Positions 1 to 9,393 of a stretch of 64,000 nucleotides of DNA are shown here, in pieces. Source of the stretch: an uncultured bacterium (GTDB lineage: Bacteria > UBA8481); the NCBI GenBank assembly GCA_964499705.1, contig CAZCME010000005.1:62001-126000 (forward strand), in the 5' to 3' direction. Below the pieces are notes generated by a model. That model saw only the letters and a program-made list of their open reading frames with translations. It was not told the origin of the DNA and ran no database searches. The stretch's first letter is position 1. Each line of letters opens with the position of its first letter. The position numbers and the translations under genes are program-made.

Positions 1-263
1 CCATCTCCGCATGCGCGAACGTCGTCCCCGGACTCCTGAAAGAAATCGTCACCGATTTTCGAAGGGGAACGGACGCCCGGCCCGCTCAGTCGAGGCTCGC
101 GGCTGTCCGGGAAGCGCTTCGAAAATTCCCCCTTCATGCCGCCTTGAAGCGATGGCTCACTGTCCAGGGCATTGAAGCCGGGTCCGTTCGGCCCCCGCTT
201 TTAAATCTCTCTCCGACCGAAGCGGACGAAATAAGCCATATCGCGCGCGGACTCGATCATTAG
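1..263 (+). CDS. 3' end of a dihydrodipicolinate synthase (DapA/NanA) family protein, truncated by the window edge
   Basis: Frame from nt 3 reads ISACANVVPGLLKEI...LHAALKRWLTVQGIEAGSVRPPLLNLS...*, matching the IS..AN..P and G.VRxPL C-terminal motifs of the family. Stop TAG at 261-263. Not in the ORF track. Confidence 0.7.
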   Translation, partial: ISACANVVPGLLKEIVTDFRRGTDARPAQSRLAAVREALRKFPLHAALKRWLTVQGIEAGSVRPPLLNLSPTEADEISHIARGLDH

Positions 264-384
264 TCCGCCGGGTCCGGGCGATGGCGCGGATCTTGCCCGG
301 TTCACAGAATACATTCCCCATCTGCAAGTCGATAAACGGAGGATGCGGTGCTATAGTTAATGATGGAACTAGGAGGTGAATGCC

Positions 385-942
385 ATGGCTTCCTTCACCC
401 TATCCGAATTTCACGGTCGTCCTTTCCATCCTTCTCATCGGTCGCGTGACCGATTTCTGCATTTCGCGCGGAAATTCAACTGGATGTTCTGGCTGATCAC
501 CCTGGCGTGCACGCTTGTACTGCTGATGTTCATGGACGAAGCGGCCGCGCGAGCGGAAGTCATCACGGAGCAGTCGATCTCCATGTCGGGAATCGTCCTG
601 ATTCATCCCTGCACCATGGAACAGCTTCGCCTCGAAGGGAACATGCTGTTTGAAGCACGCTCCACCATTGTCGGCGACAGGGCCAGGATTGGCCTGACGG
701 TCCATATGGAGAGCGTCAAGGCTCGCGACGAGACAACGGGAATCGCATACGAGTGCGACGAACCATGGAACGATACGTTGAATATCGGGCCTCTCCCGGC
801 CGCGGACACTGCCATCGTGAAGGTATTGTTCTCGGGGCCGGCGCAAAATCCATTTCAGGCCAACATGACACTGCAGATCAATGCCGATTCCTCGGGATCT
901 GTGCAAGCGAGACTTTGGGAAATCAAACTGGAGTGCCGCTGA
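385..942 (+). CDS. Hypothetical protein with an N-terminal hydrophobic segment (exported or membrane-anchored)
   Basis: AGGAGG at 371-376 precedes ATG 385; hydrophobic stretch WMFWLITLACTLVLLMF followed by AAARA; remainder looks beta-rich. Confidence 0.6.
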   Translation: MASFTLSEFHGRPFHPSHRSRDRFLHFARKFNWMFWLITLACTLVLLMFMDEAAARAEVITEQSISMSGIVLIHPCTMEQLRLEGNMLFEARSTIVGDRARIGLTVHMESVKARDETTGIAYECDEPWNDTLNIGPLPAADTAIVKVLFSGPAQNPFQANMTLQINADSSGSVQARLWEIKLECR

Positions 943-969
943 CAAACGAAGCGTGCGCTCAAGAGCGAG

Positions 970-2079
970 CTATGATCGCAGGCACTCCCGGTAGAGGCTG
1001 AAGTAGGATTTCGCCGTGTCGACGGATCGGTTCAGGTCGGCGGCCGGCATCGGACGAGGAGATCGCAGGATCGACAACACGGCGAAATAGATTTCATCGG
1101 CATTCGACGGATCGACGAGCGAAGCATGACCCATCGCCACTTCCTCGGTCGCGGTTCCGCGCGACGTAACCACCGGACAACCCATCGCCAGGGCCTCGAC
1201 GACGGGGAGACCGAATCCCTCGTCGAAGGACGGGTAAAGAAGGCAGTCCGCGGCGGCATACAGCCTCTGGAGATCGTCCAGCGGGAGAAAGCCGAGGACG
1301 TGCACGCCCGGCGATTCTGTCTTGGGGCCGTGCAACGGACCGGCCAGAGCCAGATGGGCGGTCGGCATTTCGCGGCGAAGGCGCTGGAATGTATTGAGGA
1401 CGCCCTGCGGGTTTTTTCTTTTTTCGAGACCTCCGACATGCAAAATCAGCGGCCGATCCAGACCGTATTTCGCGAGAACGTCGGGGCGGGGAGAGGGAGG
1501 CGTGAACCAAGTCTCGTCCAGGCCGAGCGGAACCGCGACAACGCGATCGGCCAGCGATGGAAATCGATGCCTGACCCTCTGCGCCGTCGTGTGCGAGATT
1601 GTCGCGACGCAAGCGGCATGGCTTATCATGGTGCGCCATGTCCACCGGTAACGAAAGCGAAAGCGGAAGTTCCAGCGCCATCCATAAGTCTGTCCGAAGA
1701 GACGAACCGGACCCACGATCGGAAGCTCGAAATAGTCGCACGCCGTCACCACGACGGGGCCGGTAAACCCCCGCGGCATGTAGAGATCCGGCGCATGGTA
1801 CAGGTCCGGATTGAGCTCGTTCAGAAATCGCCCTGTCCTTCGCGACTCCGCAAGCCAGTCGGATCTGGAAATGTCGCCGTATGTCCAGGGCAATACATAA
1901 CGCCTGAGAGAACCGCATTGTTCCGGAGGTTTCTGATCCGGAGCAAGAAGAAGAGTGTATTCCATGTCGCCTTCCATCAAACGAGCATGTTCAAGCAGAG
2001 ACCGGCTGATGTGGGCCGTTCCTCTCTGGGCTTTTTCAGGTATGGAAAGCGGGCGGAGGTCCAGCGCAATTGACTTCAT
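970..2079 (-). CDS. Glycosyltransferase family 4 (GT-B)
   Basis: LHVGGLEKRKN and LYPSFDEGFGLPVVEALAMGCPVV (E-x7-E motif). Confidence 0.9.
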   Translation of the reverse strand: MKSIALDLRPLSIPEKAQRGTAHISRSLLEHARLMEGDMEYTLLLAPDQKPPEQCGSLRRYVLPWTYGDISRSDWLAESRRTGRFLNELNPDLYHAPDLYMPRGFTGPVVVTACDYFELPIVGPVRLFGQTYGWRWNFRFRFRYRWTWRTMISHAACVATISHTTAQRVRHRFPSLADRVVAVPLGLDETWFTPPSPRPDVLAKYGLDRPLILHVGGLEKRKNPQGVLNTFQRLRREMPTAHLALAGPLHGPKTESPGVHVLGFLPLDDLQRLYAAADCLLYPSFDEGFGLPVVEALAMGCPVVTSRGTATEEVAMGHASLVDPSNADEIYFAVLSILRSPRPMPAADLNRSVDTAKSYFSLYRECLRS

Positions 2080-2175
2080 GAGCAGAGGGAAACCACGTGA
2101 AAATTATAAGCCGGTTAACCTTAGCTGCAATGAATTACCGGCTCGGCCTTATCCACGCGCCAGATCCCCGGAACT

Positions 2176-2997
2176 TCAGCCCAGGAGCGTCAGAACGCTT
2201 TGCGGAACGATATTGGCCTGGGCAAGAGCGGAGAGGCGCGTCTGGGAAAGCAGTTGCGACTTCGACAGGGATACGACTTCCTCGCCCATGTTGGAATCCG
2301 CCAGGTTCGATTCCGCCGCGGCGGCATTCTCGCCGGCCACCGACGTGAAATCGATCGCCCGGTCGATCCGGTTCATGATCGCGCCCAGCTCCGCGCGCCT
2401 TCCGTTGATCTCCGCCAGGGCCGAATCCACCGTCGCGATCGCGTTCTCCGCGGTGTCGCGCGTGCCGATCTGGAGCCCCGTCAGGCCGAACGCGGACGCG
2501 TTTACGGCGGAAAACTCGACGGCGATCTCCTCGTTCTCGTCGGCCCCGGCGTGGAAATGAAACGTGACGCTGGACGTGGCTCCGCCCTGCAGGAATTTCT
2601 TCCCATTGAACTGCACGGTCTCGCCCTGGCGGTCGATTTCATCGAGGAGCTGATCGACTTCTTTCTGCAGGAGACCGCGGTCGCTGTCGGTCAGGGTGTC
2701 ATTGGAGGATTGGACGGACATCTGGCGGATCTTGTGGAGCATGTCGGTGGTCGTGGCGTAGGCGCTCTCCGCGACCTGCACGAGGGACGACGCGTCCTGG
2801 AGATTGCGATTGGCCTGGACGAGACCGCGATAGCGGGAGGCGAAGCGGGAGGCGACCGAAAGGCCTGCCGCATCATCCGATGCGTGATTGATCCGGCGTC
2901 CGGTGGTGAGTTTCTCCAGCGTCTCCGGATCGGAGCGCGAAGCGAGATCGACCTGCCTGAGAGCGAATTGCGAGCTTTCGTTATGAACGAGCCTCAT
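2176..2997 (-). CDS. fliC: Flagellin, minimal type (about 273 aa, no D2/D3 domains)
   Basis: RINHASDDAAGL, QANRNLQDASSLVQVAE, QFNGKKFL, RAELGAIMNR and ALAQANIVPQSVLTLLG. Start placed at ATG 2997 behind AAGGATGGG. Confidence 0.93.
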   Translation of the reverse strand: MRLVHNESSQFALRQVDLASRSDPETLEKLTTGRRINHASDDAAGLSVASRFASRYRGLVQANRNLQDASSLVQVAESAYATTTDMLHKIRQMSVQSSNDTLTDSDRGLLQKEVDQLLDEIDRQGETVQFNGKKFLQGGATSSVTFHFHAGADENEEIAVEFSAVNASAFGLTGLQIGTRDTAENAIATVDSALAEINGRRAELGAIMNRIDRAIDFTSVAGENAAAAESNLADSNMGEEVVSLSKSQLLSQTRLSALAQANIVPQSVLTLLG

Positions 2998-3002
2998 GAT
3001 CC

Positions 3003-3041
3003 CATCCTTGTCGTTGCGAGGATTCCATCCATGGTTCCTGC
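3003..3041 (-). promoter_or_regulatory. Putative CsrA/RsmA-binding flagellin leader (four GGA motifs)
   Basis: Minus strand reads CAGGAACCATGGATGGAATCCT...CAAGGATG; one GGA lies in a CCA-TGGA-TGG hairpin loop and one overlaps the SD. Confidence 0.5.
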
Positions 3042-3264
3042 GTTCTACATCGACAAATTTCATCAAAAAGATAACCACGAAGTTCGGAGAGCCTCAGCGC
3101 ACAAATGACACTACATTTCCAATAATTCCAAAACAATCCAATCAATACTGTCTTCTATGATGAATATTTTACTATTTAACAGGCGCCGTACATCCACATG
3201 CGTGCTCTTTACTGAATTAATCGTTGCAATTAATGACAATCTATCGTTACCGCGTAAATTTCTC

Positions 3265-3292
3265 TTGCACTTGCCATATTTTCAACTACTAT
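3265..3292 (+). promoter_or_regulatory. Putative sigma70-type promoter of ilvBN
   Basis: TTGCAC-N16-TACTAT in an AT-rich intergenic region; GAGGAG SD before GTG 3326. Confidence 0.45.
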
Positions 3293-3325
3293 GTTCGCAC
3301 AATTCGGTCTACGAGGAGTAAATAA

Positions 3326-5044
3326 GTGAAGAAAACGCCAACCGGCGCAGATATTGTCATCGAGAGCCTTAAACAGCATGGTGTTGAGTACATTTGGGGG
3401 CTGTCTGGCGGCGCGGCAATCCCATTGTTTGACGCTCTGGTCGATTCCGGCATCAAGCTCGTGCTCGTCAGGCACGAACAAGGGGCCACTCACATTGCCG
3501 ACGGTTATGCGCGCGCGTCCGGGAAACCGGGGGTCGTGCTCGTCACGAGCGGACCCGGAGCCACGAATACGATCACGGGACTCCTGACCGCCCACATGGA
3601 TTCCGTTCCCATGATCGTCCTGACCGGCCAGACCATCACGCCCATGCTCGGCAAGGACGCCTTCCAGGAAGCCGACATCATCAACATCAGCATGCCCGTG
3701 GTGAAGCACAGTTACCTCGTCAAGGATGCGAACGATCTGCCGCGCGTCATGAAGGAGGCCTTTCACATCTGCAACACCGGTCGCCCCGGCCCCGTCCACA
3801 TCGACATCCCCAAGGACGTCTCGTCCGCGCCCTGCACGGCCTCCATGAAAGTCGATATGGACATCCCCGGCTATCGCGTGCCCGATCCCGAAAACTTCGA
3901 TCACGACATGATCCCGAAGATGGCGGACGCGCTCGCGAAGTCGAAGCGACCGATCCTGTATGTCGGGCACGGAGCCGTGATCGCGAGAGCCGAGCAGGAG
4001 ATCATGCAGCTCGCGAAGAAGCTGAACGCGCCCGTCGTGAACACGCTCCTCGGGAAGGGAGCCTTCCCCGAGACCCACGAGCTCTCGCTCGGCATGATGG
4101 GCATGCACGGCACCGCGTACGCCAACAAGGCGATCACGGACTGCGACCTCATCTTCTCCATCGGCGGCCGCTGGGACGACCGCATCACCGGAAAGATTTC
4201 CGCGTTCTGTCCGGACGCCGTGAAGATGCACATCGATATCGATCCGGCGGAGATCAACAAGGTCATCCGGCCCGATTACCACATCGTGGGTGACGCGAAG
4301 CATGTCGTCCGCGAGCTCGTCAAACACGTCTCCAAATGCGACACCGCCGACTGGTGGAAGACGATCAACGCCTGGCGCCGGCAATTCCCCCTGAAGTACG
4401 CCAAGAAGGGCGGGCTCAAGGCCCAGTTCGTTCTCGACACGCTCTTCAAGATCACGAAGGGCGAAGCGATCGTCGCGACGGACGTCGGCCAGCACCAGAT
4501 GTGGTGCGCGCAGTTCTACAAGGTCAGCAAGCCCCATTCCTGGCTCTCGTCCGGCGGCGCCGGCACGATGGGTTACGGCTTTCCCGCGGCCCTCGGAGCC
4601 CAGTGGGCCCGCCCCAAGGAACTCGTGGTCGCCGTGGTGGGAGACGGCGGCTTCCAGATGACGATGGCGGAGATGGCGACCATGATGCTCCATAAGCTCC
4701 CGGTCAAGATCCTCATCATCGACAACAAGTATCTGGGGATGGTCCGGCAGTGGCAGGAGCTCTTCTTCGAAAATCGGCTGTCCGGCGTCGACCTGGAAGG
4801 CAATCCGAACTTTGTCCTCCTGGCCAAGGCCTTCGGCTGCTCCGCGTGGCGGATCCGGAGAAACGCGGAATGCGCGCGGATGATGAAGGCCGCGATCGAG
4901 CACCCGGGTCCGGCTCTCATCTGGGCGGAAGTCATCAAGGAGGACAACGTCTTCCCGATGATCCCAGCAGGGGCTCCGCTTTCCCACATGATCATCGACC
5001 CGCCGAAGCGCGCGCGCTTCGAGAAACCGGTGGGAAGCACATGA
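3326..5044 (+). CDS. ilvB: Acetolactate synthase large subunit
   Basis: [23 protein letters not shown] and the TPP motif GDGGFQMT...[11 protein letters not shown]. Confidence 0.97.
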   Translation: MKKTPTGADIVIESLKQHGVEYIWGLSGGAAIPLFDALVDSGIKLVLVRHEQGATHIADGYARASGKPGVVLVTSGPGATNTITGLLTAHMDSVPMIVLTGQTITPMLGKDAFQEADIINISMPVVKHSYLVKDANDLPRVMKEAFHICNTGRPGPVHIDIPKDVSSAPCTASMKVDMDIPGYRVPDPENFDHDMIPKMADALAKSKRPILYVGHGAVIARAEQEIMQLAKKLNAPVVNTLLGKGAFPETHELSLGMMGMHGTAYANKAITDCDLIFSIGGRWDDRITGKISAFCPDAVKMHIDIDPAEINKVIRPDYHIVGDAKHVVRELVKHVSKCDTADWWKTINAWRRQFPLKYAKKGGLKAQFVLDTLFKITKGEAIVATDVGQHQMWCAQFYKVSKPHSWLSSGGAGTMGYGFPAALGAQWARPKELVVAVVGDGGFQMTMAEMATMMLHKLPVKILIIDNKYLGMVRQWQELFFENRLSGVDLEGNPNFVLLAKAFGCSAWRIRRNAECARMMKAAIEHPGPALIWAEVIKEDNVFPMIPAGAPLSHMIIDPPKRARFEKPVGST

Positions 5045-5066
5045 AAAGAAAGTCGAAGGGTGAAAT

Positions 5067-5564
5067 ATGACACCGCTGCCTAAACACACGCTCAGCATCT
5101 ACGTCGCCAACAAGCCGGGAGTGCTGGTCCGGGTCTCGCAGGTCTTCGCGCGCCGCGGCTTCAACATCGATTCGCTCGTGGTGTCCGCGACAAACGATCC
5201 CCGCTTCTCCCGGATGACGATCGTCTGCTCCGGAGACGCCGACACACTGGAGCAGATCATCAAGCAATGCGCCAAGCTCGTCGATGTTCTCCATGCCAGG
5301 GATCATTCCGGAGAAAACGTGATCGAACGCGAATTCACGCTCATCAAGGTGAGCTCCCCGGTCGCCCGCCGTACGGAAATTCTCCAGCTCGTCGATCACT
5401 TCAAGGGCCAGACGGTCGACTTCGCCGACGAATCGCTCATCATCCAGATGTCGGGGTCGACGGAAAAACTCGACGCGGCCGTGAAACTCCTCGAAAAACA
5501 CGGCATCATCGAGGAAGTTCGCTCCGGCAAGATCCTGATGGCACGGGGCAAAGACGAGACATAG
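5067..5564 (+). CDS. ilvN: Acetolactate synthase small regulatory subunit
   Basis: ACT domain NKPGVLVRVSQVFARRGFNIDSL; directly follows ilvB. Confidence 0.96.
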   Translation: MTPLPKHTLSIYVANKPGVLVRVSQVFARRGFNIDSLVVSATNDPRFSRMTIVCSGDADTLEQIIKQCAKLVDVLHARDHSGENVIEREFTLIKVSSPVARRTEILQLVDHFKGQTVDFADESLIIQMSGSTEKLDAAVKLLEKHGIIEEVRSGKILMARGKDET

Positions 5565-5685
5565 GGGACATTCTCCAACATTCCAACATTCAGATTGAAC
5601 GAGTTACGGCGTATCCTCTCGCTTTTTTGACGGACTCTCTAAAACTCCATTATCCTCAATGTTGGAATGTTGGAGAATGTCCCCT
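5563..5685. repeat. Perfect 28-bp inverted-repeat element (REP/MITE-like)
   Basis: AGGGGACATTCTCCAACATTCCAACATT at 5563-5590 and its exact reverse complement at 5658-5685. Confidence 0.9.
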
Positions 5686-5786
5686 TTCTTCGCCCGCATC
5701 CAGAGCTCCAGCCGGATGTTGTACACAAGAAGTATCCCGTACCCGAACGCGAAGGCGACGGCGAGATAGCCAACGTCAGTCTTCAT
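5604..5786 (-). CDS. ccmD: CcmD-like small membrane protein (heme exporter D)
   Basis: Single TM (GYLAVAFAFGYGILLVY) then a basic tail; overlaps the 3' end of ccmC. Its C-terminal extension is encoded by the inverted-repeat element. Confidence 0.6.
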   Translation of the reverse strand: MKTDVGYLAVAFAFGYGILLVYNIRLELWMRAKKGDILQHSNIEDNGVLESPSKKREDTP

Positions 5787-6420
5787 GGCATTCAAGCCTC
5801 GCTCGCTTGGCGGCCAGGTGGACGGCGGCCAGGAGAAACGCGAAGACGTTCGCCAGGAACGTCGTGCGGATGACGGGATCGCGGAAGAAGCCGATGTTCG
5901 GGACCGGATGGCCGATGGCGCCCCAGATCTTCACCGAAAAGAAGACAATCGGAACATCGAGGAACGCGATGATCGAAAGGACCGCCGCGAATCGAGCGCG
6001 GCGCTCCGGATCGTCGATCGAGGAGCGGAGAAGGATGTATCCCAGGTACATGAGCCAGAGCACCAGGAAAGACGTGAGTCTCGGCTCCCACGTCCAGTAG
6101 GTGCCCCATGCCGCCCGGGCCCAGATCGGGCCGGTCGTGATGACGATCGTCGCATAGACCCAGCCGACTTCCGCGGTCGCGGCCGCCCACCGGTCCCAGC
6201 GCGCGGAACGCGTCGCGAGATAGCCGATCGAGGCGACGAACGAGGCAAAGAGCATCAGGAAAGAGACCCATGCGGCGGGCACATGGAAATAGAAGATGCG
6301 GAACGCCTCGCCCAGGTATTCTCCGTCAGGCCCCGCCATCGGAGGTGCATACTCGAGAAAGAGGAAGACGCCCGCCAGCATCACCGCGGCTACGCCCGTG
6401 TCCCGCCAGCGGGACGTCAT
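5776..6420 (-). CDS. ccmC: Cytochrome c biogenesis protein CcmC
   Basis: IFYFHVPAAW, tryptophan-rich WGTYWTWEPRLTS motif and downstream His (IGHP). Confidence 0.93.
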   Translation of the reverse strand: MTSRWRDTGVAAVMLAGVFLFLEYAPPMAGPDGEYLGEAFRIFYFHVPAAWVSFLMLFASFVASIGYLATRSARWDRWAAATAEVGWVYATIVITTGPIWARAAWGTYWTWEPRLTSFLVLWLMYLGYILLRSSIDDPERRARFAAVLSIIAFLDVPIVFFSVKIWGAIGHPVPNIGFFRDPVIRTTFLANVFAFLLAAVHLAAKRARLECHED

Positions 6421-6441
6421 GATTGCGCGCTCATCGCGAAA

Positions 6442-7110
6442 TTATCCTTCCTCGATGAGATAAGGCGCAAGGAGAATCGAGGCTCCTCCAATGATGAGAT
6501 CGAAACCCGCGAGCACCTGGACGGCAAGCCCATAGGGCTGATCCAGGAGCGCTTCGCGCATGGCAGCGACGGACGCGAGAAGCAGGGGCACGAAGATCGT
6601 CAGGAAGAGGATCGGCGCCAGAACTTCCCGCATGCGCGTTCCGGACGCCAGGAGCGACAGGAGCGTGCCGGCGAGACAGATTCCGATGATTCCGAGGATC
6701 GTTCCGGGAAGCGTGGCGATGAAGGAGGCGGGATCGAGCTGATAAAAAACCGTGAGCGGAAACGAGAGAATCAGGGCGGAGAGCGAGACGAAGAGGGACA
6801 GGGAGGCTGACTTCGCAAGGAAGATGGCGGAGGCATCAGCCGGTGTCGACAGGATCGTCTCCATCCGCCCTGAAGCCCGCTCCACGTCAACAGCCCGCGC
6901 AATGCCGACCTGCGAAGCGAAGAGCACCGCCACCCAGAAGGCTCCCGCCGCCCTGATCTCCCCTTCCCCCGGCGTGACCGGCAGAGCGAAAGCCAGGACA
7001 AGAATCACGAGAAATCCGAAGGCGGCGACACTGATGAAAGTTTCCTTCGTGCGGAGTTCTCTCAGGACATCCTTCGCCAGGAACGCCCGGAAAACGGCGG
7101 GCGTGTTCAT
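6442..7110 (-). CDS. ccmB: Heme exporter protein CcmB
   Basis: KDVLRELR, REVLAPILFL, about six TM segments; lies between ccmA and ccmC. Confidence 0.9.
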   Translation of the reverse strand: MNTPAVFRAFLAKDVLRELRTKETFISVAAFGFLVILVLAFALPVTPGEGEIRAAGAFWVAVLFASQVGIARAVDVERASGRMETILSTPADASAIFLAKSASLSLFVSLSALILSFPLTVFYQLDPASFIATLPGTILGIIGICLAGTLLSLLASGTRMREVLAPILFLTIFVPLLLASVAAMREALLDQPYGLAVQVLAGFDLIIGGASILLAPYLIEEG

Positions 7111-7718
7111 GAGACGAGCGACCTGATGGTAAGTCCCGCGGCCGAGGCGAAGGCGGGATCATGCGTGGACACGAGAACCGCTCGCCCTTCCTCCCGCCAT
7201 CGGCGAATCACCTGCGCCAGCCGCGTCGTCGAGGCTTCATCGAGTCCCGTCGTGGGTTCATCCAGGAGCAGAAATTCCGGATCGTGAATCATCGCCCGCG
7301 CCAGGGCGAGCCGCTCCTTCATGCCGCGGGAATACGCCGCAATCCGCATCGCGGGCGGCAATCCCGCCGTCTCCAGAGCGCCGGCCAGTTTCCTTTCCGC
7401 GTCCTCGACACCATACAACGCCGCAAAGAAGCGGAGATTTTCCGGGCCTGTCAGTTCATCGTACAGGCCGAGCTCGTGCCCGAGATATCCGGCGCGGCCC
7501 CTGACGGAGCGATCCTTCCAGGGGTCGGCGGCGAAGAGCGAAACGCGGCCGGTCGTCGGTCGAAGGAGTCCGGCGGCAATCTTCAAGAGCGTCGACTTGC
7601 CGCAGCCGTTCGGCCCCGTCAACGCCACGCCGGCGCCGGCGTGAATTTCCAGCGTGGTGGATTTCAACGCTTCCACGCGGCCGTAACGCCTTGAGACATT
7701 TTCGAGATGAAGGATCAT
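7107..7718 (-). CDS. ccmA: Heme ABC exporter ATPase CcmA
   Basis: GPNGCGKST, YSRGMKERL, LLLDEP. Start at ATG 7718 preferred; the ORF is open to TTG 7787. Confidence 0.9.
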   Translation of the reverse strand: MILHLENVSRRYGRVEALKSTTLEIHAGAGVALTGPNGCGKSTLLKIAAGLLRPTTGRVSLFAADPWKDRSVRGRAGYLGHELGLYDELTGPENLRFFAALYGVEDAERKLAGALETAGLPPAMRIAAYSRGMKERLALARAMIHDPEFLLLDEPTTGLDEASTTRLAQVIRRWREEGRAVLVSTHDPAFASAAGLTIRSLVS

Positions 7719-7793
7719 GTCGGGAGCCTGTTCGTCAGGGATGGACTTCAGGTTCGGAACGTCGTGGAAGACCGTTCCTGCCGACAAGACCCG

Positions 7794-8216
7794 TCACGGT
7801 GCCGGCGGATTGAAACCGCTCGCGGTTGTGTCGTACTGGCCCTGGTACTTGGAAGGACACTTGGCGAGCAATTCCGCGCCCACGAAGAGATCATGATCGG
7901 GATCGTACCGCCCTGAAATCACTACCTCGGCCCGATCCTTGAAAGTATCGGGAATGATCCCCGAATATGTCGCCCGCATGAGCGCGCTGTCGTGATCGAT
8001 CACGACGAAATTGACGCGGCGTTCCGAAGGGACTCGCTCGATCGAGCCCGCGACGGCATGGCCGGTGAGCCGATACGCGCGCGTCGGATTGGCTTCCGCA
8101 CGGATCTCCGCCGCCGTCTTGTAGACAATGCCCTGCGCGGTCGATGCGCTGAAGATGAGATAACCGGTCCCCATGACGATCATGGCCACGGCCGTGGATA
8201 CGCGAAAGCGTTTCAT
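7794..8216 (-). CDS. ccmE: Heme chaperone CcmE, CxxxY variant
   Basis: N-terminal TM, YSGIIPDTFK and LLAKCPSKY. Confidence 0.92.
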   Translation of the reverse strand: MKRFRVSTAVAMIVMGTGYLIFSASTAQGIVYKTAAEIRAEANPTRAYRLTGHAVAGSIERVPSERRVNFVVIDHDSALMRATYSGIIPDTFKDRAEVVISGRYDPDHDLFVGAELLAKCPSKYQGQYDTTASGFNPPAP

Positions 8217-8274
8217 AGTAGTGCATGATATCAGGACGCGCTCCCGCTGAGAAGCGAGTGATCGGAGCGGCCGC

Positions 8275-9393
8275 CTAGGGCCGTGTGATCGTAAGGCTTT
8301 CCGGGTGCGCGTTATCCAGGATGGCGCCCGACATGTCCACGAAGAATGTCGCGGTTTCCGTCATGCCCACCATGTTCCGGATGTGCTCTTCGTATTCATT
8401 TTCAATTCCCAGCTCACGCGCCGCCTTGATGATGAGAACGACATCGCTTCCCGCGTCCGCTGTGACCCCGTCCACGGCCACCTTGGCCTTGCGTTCCAGG
8501 ACGAATCTTTCCCATTCGACCTCCATCTTGCCGGAATGCCGCGCAAAATAGACATTCTTCAGAGCGTCGATCTTCGTCTTCAGCGGCACGATTCCTTCCA
8601 TCCGGACGATGTCCATCTCCTGCCTAATCCCCGGCATGACTTCGAATTCATTCAGGAGAACGCTCATCGCGATCGCCGTCTCCGCTTTCTTGATGAGCGC
8701 GTCGGAAGTGCGCTTGTCCTCGATCAATCTCCAATTGTTCTGGATATCGTACATTCGCCTGATGAAGGCGTCATTGAGCCAAGGCACGGCGGCCAGGCGA
8801 TCCTTATAGGCATCCCATACTCCATAGTCCTGCGCGATGCGCTCCAGGAGCTTCGGATCGTCCGCGTCGGGCTGCATCGACAGCCGCTCATCGATCCGCT
8901 TCCGCACCTGGGCTCGCTGCAGGCCGAGGTTGACCTCCGAGTCGTCCAATTTGGCGCCGGTCTTCTTCGGCCGCGCCTCGAGATTCGCGCGCATCACGTC
9001 CTGAAGCACGCCGCGCCGGAGCGCCGCGGTGATCGTGGAATACATCATCGTCTTGTTGCAGGCGATCTCGTAACGGCGCATCACAGCCTTATCGATCTTC
9101 TCGAACACGCTCGGAAGATTCTGCAGCGACTGGACAGTGACATCGTGAATCTGGAGCACCTCGCACGTCGTCCGGGCGGACACGGTCGCCGTGCGCGGCA
9201 TCCCCGACAAGGCTCCCATTTCGCCCACCACTTCACCGTGCTCCACGATGCTGGCGATCTTTTTCCCCCCGACTTCGGCCTTCAGCTCGCCAGAGAGCAG
9301 GACGTACAGTTCGCGGCTGACTTCGCCCTCCCGGATGATCACCTGGCCGGGGCGGAGCCAGAGCGTCTCGGCCGGCCGCGGCTTGGAACTCAC
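8275..9393 (-). CDS. Cyclic nucleotide-binding domain protein with uncharacterised helical C-terminus (paralogue B)
   Basis: IIREGE...LYVLLSG...GEVVGEMGALSGMPRTATV. GTG at 9393 overlaps the upstream TGA. Confidence 0.85.
   Translation of the reverse strand: MSSKPRPAETLWLRPGQVIIREGEVSRELYVLLSGELKAEVGGKKIASIVEHGEVVGEMGALSGMPRTATVSARTTCEVLQIHDVTVQSLQNLPSVFEKIDKAVMRRYEIACNKTMMYSTITAALRRGVLQDVMRANLEARPKKTGAKLDDSEVNLGLQRAQVRKRIDERLSMQPDADDPKLLERIAQDYGVWDAYKDRLAAVPWLNDAFIRRMYDIQNNWRLIEDKRTSDALIKKAETAIAMSVLLNEFEVMPGIRQEMDIVRMEGIVPLKTKIDALKNVYFARHSGKMEVEWERFVLERKAKVAVDGVTADAGSDVVLIIKAARELGIENEYEEHIRNMVGMTETATFFVDMSGAILDNAHPESLTITRP

Noticed and set aside
300-360. Sigma28-like -10 (GTCGATAA at 328-335) upstream of the hypothetical gene
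   Set aside because: There is no matching TAAA -35 element at the expected spacing.
3080-3325. Leader-peptide attenuator upstream of ilvB
   Set aside because: The short ORFs here are not enriched in Ile/Leu/Val codons, and no terminator hairpin with a U-tract is visible.
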